Shown here: in pieces, positions 25,738 through 34,998 of the stretch
Numbering within the stretch: the stretch's first letter is position 1
How the letters are laid out: each line of letters starts with the position of its first letter
Virus record (IMG/VR): IMGVR_UViG_3300032030_000021
Span: 29,122-93,121 of that record
Source of the DNA: a virus
Lineage: Duplodnaviria > Heunggongvirae > Uroviricota > Caudoviricetes
DNA length: 64,000 nucleotides
Direction: 5' to 3' (one strand)
The notes under the pieces: model-generated
Database searches by the model: none
Told to the model about the DNA's origin: nothing
The model's input: only the letters and a program-made list of their open reading frames with translations
Made by a program: the position numbers and the translations under genes

Positions 25738-27353
25738 TGGAGATACCAAATATTAGCAACCTTACATCCAAAGAACTTCAGGGTAAGTGGTTTGAAAAGA
25801 ATTATCTGGAGTTTTATCAGCATCTTGTAAATACATATCCAAATCTCCAAAAATTCACTGAAAAATTGTATTGGTATCTCCACGATATCAAAGAAACACC
25901 GAAATGTACTTGCGGAAAACCTCTGAAGTTCCGGAGTCTCAAGGTCGGATATTCCGAGTTCTGTTCGGCCAAATGTTCTAATTCTAATCCGGAAAAAATC
26001 AAAAAGACTAAAAATACATGTCAAGAACGATATAGATCCTCTTCTCCGGCCGGCAATAAAGACATCCAAGATAAAATGAGGAAAACATGTCTGGAAAAGT
26101 ATGGTGTAGAAAATTATCTAGAAATTTCCCATCGAACGGGAAGTCTTTCGGAAGAATCTAAGCAAAAAATGAAAGAAACCTGTATAGAAAGATACGGTGT
26201 GGAAAATGTGATGAAGCTTCCGGAATATCAAGTTATTGTCAATGGAAATAAAGATTATAAAAAACTATCGGAAAAAGCTCGAGAGGCTCGAAAAAACCGG
26301 GTTATGAATCAAAATCCGGATATAATATCTATAAAAAATGGTTTATGGACTTGCCGGTGTCCCCATCCCAATTGTACCAAATGCGATAAAAAATCATATG
26401 AAATAACGGCTCAAATGTATCATGATCGCCGAAGAGATCATACGGAGCCTTGTACTATACTTTTAGCACCTTCACCGAATAACAATAAAAATACTTCTTT
26501 AGAAATTTTTGTACGGTGTTTATTAGAAGAGCATAATATAGAATATATTGCAAATGATCGATCTATATTAGGAGGCAAAGAACTAGATATATACATTCCG
26601 GATCGGAAAATAGCCATAGAATGCAATGGTGTTTTTTCACATAGCTCTAGATATAAACCTAGAAATTATCATTATGAAAAATATAAAGCTTGTTCGGAGC
26701 GGAACATCCGTCTTATAAGTATCTGGGAGGACTGGGTTCGGAATAAGCCGGAAATTGTCCGGAGTCTGATTTTAAGCAAGCTGAACATATATGAGAACCG
26801 TATAATGGCTCGTAAATGTGAGGTGAAAGAGATAAATAGTAAAATAACAGGTAAATTTTTAGAAGAAAATCATATTCAAGGAAAAACTTCTTCAAATATA
26901 CATTTGGGCCTATATTATAAAAACGAATTGGTGGCGGTGATGCTGTTTGGAAAAAAACGAATGTGCTCCGGGAATAATAAAACAGCTGGGTGGGATTTAA
27001 GCAGATTTTGTACTAAAAGAAATATTTGTGTGATTGGGGGTGCGGGGAAGTTATTAAGTTATTTTATAAAACGGTGGTCTCCGGATATGATATATTCGTT
27101 TGCATCATGTGATATTTCTAATGGAAATCTTTATAAGTCTTTAGGGTTTGTAAATATAGGCCATTCCTCTTCATATTGGTATATAAACGAGCGCACCCTT
27201 CAAAGATATCATAGAAGTTCCTTTACTAAAAAATCCTTGATAAAACGAAACTGGGCTGATGGAACGGAAACTGAAACTGATGTAATGAATAATCATGGAT
27301 TCTTGCAAATCTATGATTCCGGTACGGAAAAGTGGATACTGAAGATTATCTAA
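25734..27353 (+). CDS. paralog of the upstream Vsr-like endonuclease
   Basis: Same architecture (ELDIYIPDRKIAIECNGVFSHS, ISIWEDWVRNKPE). ATGA overlap with the upstream paralog. Confidence 0.55.
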   Translation: MMEIPNISNLTSKELQGKWFEKNYLEFYQHLVNTYPNLQKFTEKLYWYLHDIKETPKCTCGKPLKFRSLKVGYSEFCSAKCSNSNPEKIKKTKNTCQERYRSSSPAGNKDIQDKMRKTCLEKYGVENYLEISHRTGSLSEESKQKMKETCIERYGVENVMKLPEYQVIVNGNKDYKKLSEKAREARKNRVMNQNPDIISIKNGLWTCRCPHPNCTKCDKKSYEITAQMYHDRRRDHTEPCTILLAPSPNNNKNTSLEIFVRCLLEEHNIEYIANDRSILGGKELDIYIPDRKIAIECNGVFSHSSRYKPRNYHYEKYKACSERNIRLISIWEDWVRNKPEIVRSLILSKLNIYENRIMARKCEVKEINSKITGKFLEENHIQGKTSSNIHLGLYYKNELVAVMLFGKKRMCSGNNKTAGWDLSRFCTKRNICVIGGAGKLLSYFIKRWSPDMIYSFASCDISNGNLYKSLGFVNIGHSSSYWYINERTLQRYHRSSFTKKSLIKRNWADGTETETDVMNNHGFLQIYDSGTEKWILKII

Positions 27354-27401
27354 GTCGAATTTTCAAATTATTATTGAATCAGACAAATTAATTAACACAA
27401 A

Positions 27402-28451
27402 ATGGGAAATTTAAATGATTTATACCTGCATAGCATGACCCACCCCGATGTGGCAGAAGCTTTTATCGAAGGTAAGAATGTGCCCGAAGCACTTCTCGTC
27501 AATGACGTACCTAATACTTCCGTTGCCGGAAACTACACCCCGACCCCGGGTCCCGGCCCCGAGCCTCAGCCAACCGACCCCGACTGGGTTGAAACCGGCA
27601 GAGAGCTTACTTCCACCGAGTGTGTGAAGGAAGATGGTGAGAACACCGGTATGGCTATCAAGACCTATGCCGTGACTTATGAAGATCAAAACGAACAGTC
27701 CGCAACCTATGGCGAGACTAAAGTCGAAACCGAAACCGAAACCGTAGAGGATACCGAATCCTGTCCTGTTCCCCAGCCCGAGCCCGAACCCGTAGAAGCC
27801 GACTGGGATTATATTCACGATGAACAATCCTGGAATGCCGCATATCAGGAAGACAGACCTCTCTATAAATACTATCAGAACAACCCGGAAGAGGATCTTT
27901 GGAATACTGCCGAGAACAGGGCCGTGAACTTTAATGATCGCCGGTATGCCGGTAATGTTGACGGGGAGAGTGTCGAATGTAGCGCAAAGTGGGAGAGCGA
28001 CACCGTTCAAAGTGTAGTTATTGATGGTGTTACCTATTATGGAGAGATTTTCTATGATACCAATTCTCACAGCCTCGAATTATTCAACGATGTGAATTTG
28101 ACCGAAACTACCGGCAAGACCTTCGAAATCTCCACAGTTTCTTTCTCCGAGGACTGCGTACATTGCTGGAAGGGTTCTATTAATGCCCCCGGTGCTAAAT
28201 ACCCATGGGCTGCCGTTGCGGTTCCCGAGCCATTTGCTGGTACTATCCAATTCATCTATGATGGCGGCACTCCCGTATATCCTTGGGGCGAATACAAAGA
28301 ATTCACTAAAGGCTACGGCATAGCCTCTATCCCAACCGAACTTGGAGATGAATATCTGCTAGACGAAAATGGCAATACTACATTTGACAACACTAAACTT
28401 CAGGTGTTATTAATTGCCGGTACCGGTGAACTTCCGGCCACCGAAGGTTAA
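27402..28451 (+). CDS. structural-like repeat protein with T-E-C-V-K-E-D-G-E-N-T-G-M-A...E-T-E-T-E-T-V-E-D module
   Basis: 349 aa. Contains P-x-P-E-P linkers and a ~60-aa module shared with the next gene. Confidence 0.45.
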   Translation: MGNLNDLYLHSMTHPDVAEAFIEGKNVPEALLVNDVPNTSVAGNYTPTPGPGPEPQPTDPDWVETGRELTSTECVKEDGENTGMAIKTYAVTYEDQNEQSATYGETKVETETETVEDTESCPVPQPEPEPVEADWDYIHDEQSWNAAYQEDRPLYKYYQNNPEEDLWNTAENRAVNFNDRRYAGNVDGESVECSAKWESDTVQSVVIDGVTYYGEIFYDTNSHSLELFNDVNLTETTGKTFEISTVSFSEDCVHCWKGSINAPGAKYPWAAVAVPEPFAGTIQFIYDGGTPVYPWGEYKEFTKGYGIASIPTELGDEYLLDENGNTTFDNTKLQVLLIAGTGELPATEG

Positions 28452-28484
28452 TGATCAACCAACTAAAAAAAATATAGTAATATA

Positions 28485-30611
28485 ATGATAAATACTAACC
28501 TTACCGCTATAAGATGGAAAAAGAATCTTTATTACATATCAGAAGGTGTTATTTTCGATATTCGAAATAAAGTAAGACCGGATGATAAAGATGAATGTGG
28601 TTCTTTTCTTATCGATTTTTCTAAGGCAGATGAGGTATCTAAAAATGCCGCAATAGGCGCCACCGTAAACCTCACCAATCAGACCGAACTCTTTTCCGGT
28701 CTGCCCTGGATTGAAGTACAGTTTAGCAATCCCGATTTAAACATTGCTGTGCCGTTACAATATCTTATTGAAGAAGGAGATGTCTTTGTAGATGATAATG
28801 TCGGTCAATCACACCCCAATGTTTATAATAAAGATTATCGCAATAAATTCAATCAGGAAATCTTTGAATATATCGGTGAATATGTTAATTCCAAAAATTC
28901 ATTAAATACCGCCGATTTTAATCAACTGATGTCTACATTACCAGCTTGGTTGACGTGCGATGCCGGTACGGAAATGACCGAGAGTTTTGTTCTCAATAAT
29001 TTCCTCAAAGGCAAACCCTGGGATGCTAATACCGCTATGCTCGGCACCGATGCCGTGGTTAGCCTTGTAGGAGTTACTCTTAAGACTCCGGCCGGTAATG
29101 CTAATATCTCCGATAGCTGGACGGAAGCTACTATTCGCAAGGCCGCTTTAGCATTCTATGCGGCTAAATCCATGTCCACTTTATGCATACCGGCGGATAT
29201 GAAGGAGGATATTGCTAATAGTATTATAGCAAAAGGCGAGATAGTAAATGCCGAAGATAATAAGCTAACCGCATTGCATCATATTGATTATACCGGAGAA
29301 GGTTCCGTAAGCGGATCCGAATTTGTGGATAAAGCTACAAATGCCGATACCTGGTGGGAATATGAAGGTGCCGATACCGCCCCCAAGTGGGAAGAACAAG
29401 GTAGAGAAACCATCACGGAGTGTGTTCAAGAGGACGGCGAAAATACCGGTATGGCAGTTAAAACCACTACTATAACTTATATAGATACTAACAAATACTC
29501 CGAAACCTACAATCAGACCAGAACCGAAACCGAAACCGAAACCGTAGAAGATCTGATTTCTTGTCCGCTGCCAGAACACGATACTACTCCTAACTGGGAA
29601 GAACAAGGTAGAGAAACTACTACCGAATGTGTCCAGAAAGACGGCGAAAATACCGGTATGGCAGTTAAGACTACTACTATAACCTATCTGGATACTAATA
29701 AGTACTCCGAAACCCACGACCAGACTAAAACGGAGACTGAAACCGAAACGGTAGAGGATCTGATTTCTTGTCCGCTGCCAGAGCCCGAACCTATTATTCC
29801 GGAGGATTATGTGGTTCCGGAATCCGCTGATCAGATCCCAACGGAAAACACCGAATCCGTTGATATGGCTCTTACCGGTGATGATGTAGTGAATTCATTC
29901 AATAGTGGTGCCGTTTTCAATAATCTGATAGTTGCAGATGCTAATGTTTCATCTAACATTTCTTTAAATGCTGTTGATACCGTAAAGGTTAATGGTATTG
30001 AAGTTAGTGGAACGAAAGGCGCAGGAAACGGAAAGATCATGATCAGCGCACCTAATGTAAACATCAAAGACGTAGATATTAATCCAGGTTGCACCGTATA
30101 TAATGTATTTGAAGGAGATCAGAAGCTGACCGGCAACGGACTTACCGTGTTTGTTGCGGATGGTATAACAGTTGATGATCCGGACCTCAAACACAATGTG
30201 TTCAACATCTATAATCCGGAAAATAATGCCGAGATTACAGTAAAGAATTCTTCATTCAATCTGAATATGAAGACTTCTAACGTGATGCGGTTGTCTAACC
30301 TCAAAAATGCCGAGAATGTAACGGTAATATTTGAGAACGTGGATTGGACGTATGAGAATGCCCCATATGCCGATGGAGATAAAGAATGGGCCGGATTGGT
30401 TATTTATCAACCGTTTGGAAATGATGCCGCTCATTCCGGTGACGATTCCGCTATTAATACCTGGACGTTCAAATTCAAGAACTGCCGATATAATGGTATG
30501 AATGTTGATGCTAATGAATTTGGCGAAGCTCATCAGGTCATTTATTTCTACGATATGGGTGGAAGAGGTGCATCCGAGAATCCGGTTGGGCCGACTATTC
30601 TCTTCGATTAA
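28485..30611 (+). CDS. large structural-like protein with two copies of the ETETETVED module and a C-terminal beta-helix-like region
   Basis: 708 aa. The module is repeated at aa ~300-365 and ~366-430. The C-terminal N/V/T-rich segments alternate like a parallel beta-helix (fibre/depolymerase-like). Confidence 0.45.
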   Translation: MINTNLTAIRWKKNLYYISEGVIFDIRNKVRPDDKDECGSFLIDFSKADEVSKNAAIGATVNLTNQTELFSGLPWIEVQFSNPDLNIAVPLQYLIEEGDVFVDDNVGQSHPNVYNKDYRNKFNQEIFEYIGEYVNSKNSLNTADFNQLMSTLPAWLTCDAGTEMTESFVLNNFLKGKPWDANTAMLGTDAVVSLVGVTLKTPAGNANISDSWTEATIRKAALAFYAAKSMSTLCIPADMKEDIANSIIAKGEIVNAEDNKLTALHHIDYTGEGSVSGSEFVDKATNADTWWEYEGADTAPKWEEQGRETITECVQEDGENTGMAVKTTTITYIDTNKYSETYNQTRTETETETVEDLISCPLPEHDTTPNWEEQGRETTTECVQKDGENTGMAVKTTTITYLDTNKYSETHDQTKTETETETVEDLISCPLPEPEPIIPEDYVVPESADQIPTENTESVDMALTGDDVVNSFNSGAVFNNLIVADANVSSNISLNAVDTVKVNGIEVSGTKGAGNGKIMISAPNVNIKDVDINPGCTVYNVFEGDQKLTGNGLTVFVADGITVDDPDLKHNVFNIYNPENNAEITVKNSSFNLNMKTSNVMRLSNLKNAENVTVIFENVDWTYENAPYADGDKEWAGLVIYQPFGNDAAHSGDDSAINTWTFKFKNCRYNGMNVDANEFGEAHQVIYFYDMGGRGASENPVGPTILFD

Positions 30612-30633
30612 TCGAAAATCAAAAATATTGGAA

Positions 30634-30661
30634 AAGACCTTCTTCGGAAGGTCTTTTTTTT
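30634..30661 (+). terminator. rho-independent terminator
   Basis: AAAGACCTTCttcgGAAGGTCTTT plus T8. Confidence 0.75.
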
Positions 30662-30711
30662 GCTTCATTTTTGCACATATCCGTTATATATAATTGTATA
30701 TATTAAAAGAT

Positions 30712-31167
30712 ATGAAAATTATTAAAAATACCAAGGAGCCAAAAACCCAAAAATGTCCGGCATGTGGAAGTGTCTGGGAGTTAGAAAACAACGAATCGGA
30801 ATTGAGCGAATGTCCCGTCTGCGGAGCATATATTGAGATCCGGGAGCCGAAGATATTTGTTAAAGAAAGAACCATCAATGCAGTTATGGATCAATTGGAT
30901 TTCGAAAAAATCCATACTATCATGGAGGTTCTAGACTGGACATGGTGGGATCAAGATGTGCCCTCGATAGAAACTCTTAAAAAACATGCATATGATTTGC
31001 TAGAATATGCCTGGGAACATAAATGTTCAACCGGTACTGGAGGATTCTGGGTGGAATATGAAGGCGAAACAGACGAAGACTATCCGATGTTAAAAATATC
31101 ATTCCAGGCTTCCTGGTCCAGTTCTTGTTGGGTGGATAAAAAAAGCAATAAAATGGAATATGCATAA
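30712..31167 (+). CDS. zinc-ribbon protein
   Basis: CPACGSVWELENNESELSECPVCG. The track ORF starts at a TTG at 30694 inside the promoter-like box; the first ATG is at 30712. Confidence 0.45.
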   Translation: MKIIKNTKEPKTQKCPACGSVWELENNESELSECPVCGAYIEIREPKIFVKERTINAVMDQLDFEKIHTIMEVLDWTWWDQDVPSIETLKKHAYDLLEYAWEHKCSTGTGGFWVEYEGETDEDYPMLKISFQASWSSSCWVDKKSNKMEYA

Positions 31168-31256
31168 ACTATTATAAATTCAAAAGGTCATAAAAATGTT
31201 ATTTACGGTTATATATGTTTAATAAACTTTATTTTTCATTTTAATTTTCAAAATCT

Positions 31257-32759
31257 ATGTCAACATTTATCATTATTGCGGGAGCTGTAGCTCTATTTCT
31301 GATTCTGATCTTCGCATCTTACGTGAAGACTCCTCCTCAAGTAGCCCTAATTATCTCGGGTATTTCTAAGACCCCCAGGGTTTTGATTGGTAAGGGAGGT
31401 ATTCGTGTTCCTTTCTTCGAGAGATTGGATAAAGTCTTTCTTGGGCAGACTTCAGTGGATATCAAGACCTCCGTACCGGTTCCTACTAAAGATTTTATTA
31501 ATGTTCGGGTAGATGCTGTTGCTAAGGTCCGGGTAATGAATACTCCGGAAGGTATTCGATTAGCTGCTAAGAACTTTCTTAATATGACAGAAAGAGATAT
31601 TGCTAATCAGATTCAGGATTCTCTAGAAGGTAACATGCGAGAGGTAATTGGTTCTATTGGACTAAGAGAGTTGAATACCGATCGTGATGGTTTCTCCGAT
31701 CAGATTGCTAAAAAGGCCGCTCCGGATATGGAGAAACTTGGTATTGAAATTCTTTCTTGCAATATTCAGAACATCACTGATGAAAAAGGTTTGATTTCCG
31801 ACTTGGGTGCTGATAATACATTTGCTATCAAGAAAACAGCGGCTATCACGAAGGCTAACGCGGAAAAGGAAATTGCTATTGCTCAATCAAATGCTAAGAA
31901 AGAAGCTAATGATGCTGAGGTTAAAAACGAAACCATAATTGCGGAACGTCAAACCGAGCTAGCTGTCAAGAAAGCTGACCTCCAAGTCAAGGCGGACACC
32001 CAGAAAGCCGTGGCGGACGCGGCATATCAGATCCAACAACAGGAACAGCAGAAAACCGTCAATGAGAAAACCGTAGAAGCCGAGATGGCTAAACAGTTAC
32101 TTACTCAACAGAAGCAAAAAGAGGTCAACGCGGCGGCAGTGGAGGCTCAGACTGAAAAAGCTCGTAAGGAACAAGAACTGACTGCTGAGCAAGTCAAAAT
32201 TCAACAGAATAAGTTAGAGGCCGTAATTCAGAAACAAGCGGATGCGGATAAGTATAAGCAAGAAATCGATGCCAAGGCCGAACTTGAACAGAGAAAACGT
32301 CGTGCTGAGGCCGAAGCATATGAGGCGGAGCAAAACGCTAAAGCTGTAATGGCTATGGCCGAAGCCGCTCAATTCAAGATGGAGCAGGAAGCCCTGGGTA
32401 AGAAAAAACTTGCGGATGCCGAAGCCTATAGTATTATGGAAAAGGGTAAAGCGGAAGCGGAAGCATTAAGACTCAAAGCGGAAGCCTATAAAGAATATGG
32501 CGATGCCGCCAAGGCCCAGATGGTCATCGAAAAACTTCCGGAAATTGCAGCCGCTGTTGCTCAGCCGATCTCAACCATCAAGGATGTCCGGATTTATGGT
32601 TCCGATGGAAGCGGTATCAACCAGCTCTCCGGCAATGTCCCAGCCGTGATCAAGCAGACGATGGATACCGTGAGCGATGCTACCGGTGTAGACATGAAGG
32701 AGATCGTGAAGAGCTCCACACTGGAAACCGCCGCCAAACGTCCTCTGGCTAACGAGTAA
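31257..32759 (+). CDS. flotillin / SPFH (band-7) domain protein
   Basis: N-terminal TM helix, SPFH-like core (GGIRVPFFERL...VDIKTSVPV..TKDFINVRVDAV), then a long A/E/K/Q-rich coiled coil (AEAEAYEAEQNAKA...) typical of the FloT/YqiK flotillin domain. Confidence 0.65.
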   Translation: MSTFIIIAGAVALFLILIFASYVKTPPQVALIISGISKTPRVLIGKGGIRVPFFERLDKVFLGQTSVDIKTSVPVPTKDFINVRVDAVAKVRVMNTPEGIRLAAKNFLNMTERDIANQIQDSLEGNMREVIGSIGLRELNTDRDGFSDQIAKKAAPDMEKLGIEILSCNIQNITDEKGLISDLGADNTFAIKKTAAITKANAEKEIAIAQSNAKKEANDAEVKNETIIAERQTELAVKKADLQVKADTQKAVADAAYQIQQQEQQKTVNEKTVEAEMAKQLLTQQKQKEVNAAAVEAQTEKARKEQELTAEQVKIQQNKLEAVIQKQADADKYKQEIDAKAELEQRKRRAEAEAYEAEQNAKAVMAMAEAAQFKMEQEALGKKKLADAEAYSIMEKGKAEAEALRLKAEAYKEYGDAAKAQMVIEKLPEIAAAVAQPISTIKDVRIYGSDGSGINQLSGNVPAVIKQTMDTVSDATGVDMKEIVKSSTLETAAKRPLANE

Positions 32760-32776
32760 TCATCATTTCAAGAACA

Positions 32777-32807
32777 AAAAAGACCTTCGGAGAAGGTCTT
32801 TTTTTTT
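32777..32807 (+). terminator. rho-independent terminator after flotillin gene
   Basis: AAAGACCTTCggagaaGGTCTTT plus T9. Confidence 0.7.
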
Positions 32808-32842
32808 GCTTTAAAATTTGATGTTTTAGATTATATAATAAC

Positions 32843-33589
32843 ATGATGAAATTATCAAAAAAAAATATGAGATATATACTGATACCGGATGTGCATGGCC
32901 GGGATTTCTGGAGATCGGCAATAGAAACTCGCCGAAATGATGATATGGTGATCTTTTTAGGAGACTATGTAGACCCATATTCTCATGAAAAAATCACTAA
33001 TGAAACCGCGCTGCATGGTCTGAAAGATATTATAGGACTTAAAAAATCCGATCCGGATCATATTGTTCTTCTTTTGGGCAATCACGACCTAGGGTATATA
33101 GCAGGTCAGGATTTCTGTTCTTCCAGACACTGGAGTGGCGGACACGCTAGTCTTCATGAAATATTCGGCAAAAATATAAAACTATTCGATATTTTCTATA
33201 TGGCCGAAGATATCTTGATAAGTCATGCTGGGGTCTATCCTTATTGGATGAATCATTGTAATCTCAATTTAGATACATTTAAGGATTTTAATAACGGGAT
33301 TCATAGTGAAGATCCAAGTATTGTAAATAAAACAATCCTCGATCTATATTACATAGATATGTGGCGCGGGGGGTGGTGCATGGCGGGTTCTCCAGTCTGG
33401 GCTGATATCCGGTGTGCTTTGAAAGGATATAATCTCGATCTGAAACAGATAGTAGGACATACTCAGCTAGAAAAGGATCCCGTCCGGGTTGGAGATATAA
33501 CCTGTATAGACTGCCGGAGAGCATTCTTGTTGGAAGACGGAGAATTGAAAGAATTGGACGGCAGCTCTCCAAATATTTCGGAATATTAA
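32843..33589 (+). CDS. PPP-family Ser/Thr protein phosphatase-like metallophosphoesterase
   Basis: IPDVHG ... GDYVDPYSHE ... LLGNHD, the calcineurin-like signature. Confidence 0.6.
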   Translation: MMKLSKKNMRYILIPDVHGRDFWRSAIETRRNDDMVIFLGDYVDPYSHEKITNETALHGLKDIIGLKKSDPDHIVLLLGNHDLGYIAGQDFCSSRHWSGGHASLHEIFGKNIKLFDIFYMAEDILISHAGVYPYWMNHCNLNLDTFKDFNNGIHSEDPSIVNKTILDLYYIDMWRGGWCMAGSPVWADIRCALKGYNLDLKQIVGHTQLEKDPVRVGDITCIDCRRAFLLEDGELKELDGSSPNISEY

Positions 33590-33702
33590 ATGGGTTGATT
33601 TCCAATGATTTATAATAAGATCCTTATAAGAATTTTTATAGGGATCTTTTGAGATGCTTGAAAATTTATCTTAACCTTTTCCGAAACCGATTATATATTA
33701 TC

Positions 33703-34338
33703 ATGAGAGATAAATATAAGAATATGAAAAACATCGAATTAGAAAAACTGAAGGCCGAGAAGAGCCAAGTATATCACAAGATCCACAACATGGAGAAGTC
33801 CGGCAAGGAAGTTCCGGATTCTCTCAGAGATCTTCTGAAGAATCTCAATAATCGGATCTCTGATGCTAAGAAGGATCCGACGGATTCTCCGGCAGAACCT
33901 GCTCCGGTAAAGGTTTCTAAAAAATCCAAAAAAGAGCCTAAGAAGTGGCCGGATCTCACCTATAAACAAGCCGAGAAGGCTCTGAAGGCCTGGCTGGATG
34001 AGAATGACTATGAAGACGGATACCAGTTCCGCCATTCCAACAACTTCTTCATGGTCAAACCGAAGGTCTCCCAGGATCGCAAGACTAAGATGCTCCGTTT
34101 CGATTTCCGCCTGAGTTTCCTCACTAAATCTAGAAAAGTCACCAAGGACATCGAATGGGAGGTGCCTTACGGACAATGGTCTCGGATCGGCAACAGACTG
34201 AATGCACTGGAGAAAGTCATCCTCACGGAAACCTCCGACCCAGACCGCTCCGATCAAGTCTTCGGATATGATCGCTTCCAGCGCAACCTCTTCTTCGAGA
34301 AAGGCTATGACAAACACGGGTGGAGAATCCGCAAGTAA
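33703..34338 (+). CDS. hypothetical basic (Lys-rich) protein
   Basis: ATG at 33703 lies just after the GATTATATATTATC box. The track ORF starts earlier at 33649. Confidence 0.4.
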   Translation: MRDKYKNMKNIELEKLKAEKSQVYHKIHNMEKSGKEVPDSLRDLLKNLNNRISDAKKDPTDSPAEPAPVKVSKKSKKEPKKWPDLTYKQAEKALKAWLDENDYEDGYQFRHSNNFFMVKPKVSQDRKTKMLRFDFRLSFLTKSRKVTKDIEWEVPYGQWSRIGNRLNALEKVILTETSDPDRSDQVFGYDRFQRNLFFEKGYDKHGWRIRK

Positions 34339-34364
34339 TCTAAAAAGATCTTGAAAGAATATAT

Positions 34365-34390
34365 AAGGACTCGAAAGAGTCCTTTATTAT
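34365..34390 (+). terminator. hairpin terminator (weak T-run)
   Basis: AAGGACTCgaaaGAGTCCTT (GAAA tetraloop). Confidence 0.5.
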
Positions 34391-34397
34391 TTATATT

Positions 34398-34856
34398 ATG
34401 AAACATATAAGCAAATCTATTACGGAGTCTATTATAGGAAAGAAAGGATCGGATAATATTGATATTATAGCCGATATATTTTTAAAATTTTTCGGAAGCT
34501 ATCTGAAAAAACCGGAAATTGGCGAAATAGCGTTGTATATAGATGTTGATAAAAGCCATTATACCGGCCAAGACTTCCAGTATGATTTCGCATTTGTGAG
34601 GAACGATATTGGTACATATAGGAAAATAGCGGCGTCTTTTGCTAATGCTATCAATGGAAATATCTATAAAGAATCTTCCGGATTCAAAGGTGGAGTTTGG
34701 TATTGGGATCCGGAAACTATTATAGAAATACCGAATGTGAAATTTTATATAGGGAGAAGGCTCGGAAACAGAAGACACCCTAAGGACATATCCAATACGA
34801 CTTATATCAGCATATCAAATAAGATGTTGTGGATGAAAATATATGAAATGTTATAA
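34398..34856 (+). CDS. tagged-family protein with 4-aa insertion in the tag
   Basis: Starts MKHISKSITESIIGKKGSD. Confidence 0.6.
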   Translation: MKHISKSITESIIGKKGSDNIDIIADIFLKFFGSYLKKPEIGEIALYIDVDKSHYTGQDFQYDFAFVRNDIGTYRKIAASFANAINGNIYKESSGFKGGVWYWDPETIIEIPNVKFYIGRRLGNRRHPKDISNTTYISISNKMLWMKIYEML

Positions 34857-34859
34857 AAC

Positions 34860-34904
34860 ATGAAACATATAAGCAAATCTATTGCGGGGTACCGACCGAT
34901 CTAG
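34860..34904 (+). pseudogene. duplicated 5' fragment of the tagged-family gene at 34398
   Basis: atgaaacatataagcaaatctatt is identical to the first 24 nt of 34398..34856, then diverges and hits a stop after 14 codons. It is followed by a second copy of the AAGGACTCGAAAGAGTCCTT terminator hairpin. Confidence 0.55.
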
Positions 34905-34934
34905 CCGGGAAAAACCGGATATTGTTGAAAAGAT

Positions 34935-34960
34935 AAGGGACTCGAAAGAGTCCTTTTTTA
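34935..34960 (+). terminator. hairpin terminator, duplicate of the 34365 hairpin
   Basis: AAGGGACTCgaaaGAGTCCTTTTTT. Confidence 0.6.
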
Positions 34961-34998
34961 ATATTTGATAGTTTCTTATATATAAACAAAAAATCCAC

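Noticed and set aside
33739-34317. 192-aa minus-strand ORF overlapping the basic-protein gene
   Set aside because: The plus-strand ORF is preceded by a promoter-like box and followed by a terminator. The minus ORF is a repetitive low-complexity shadow.
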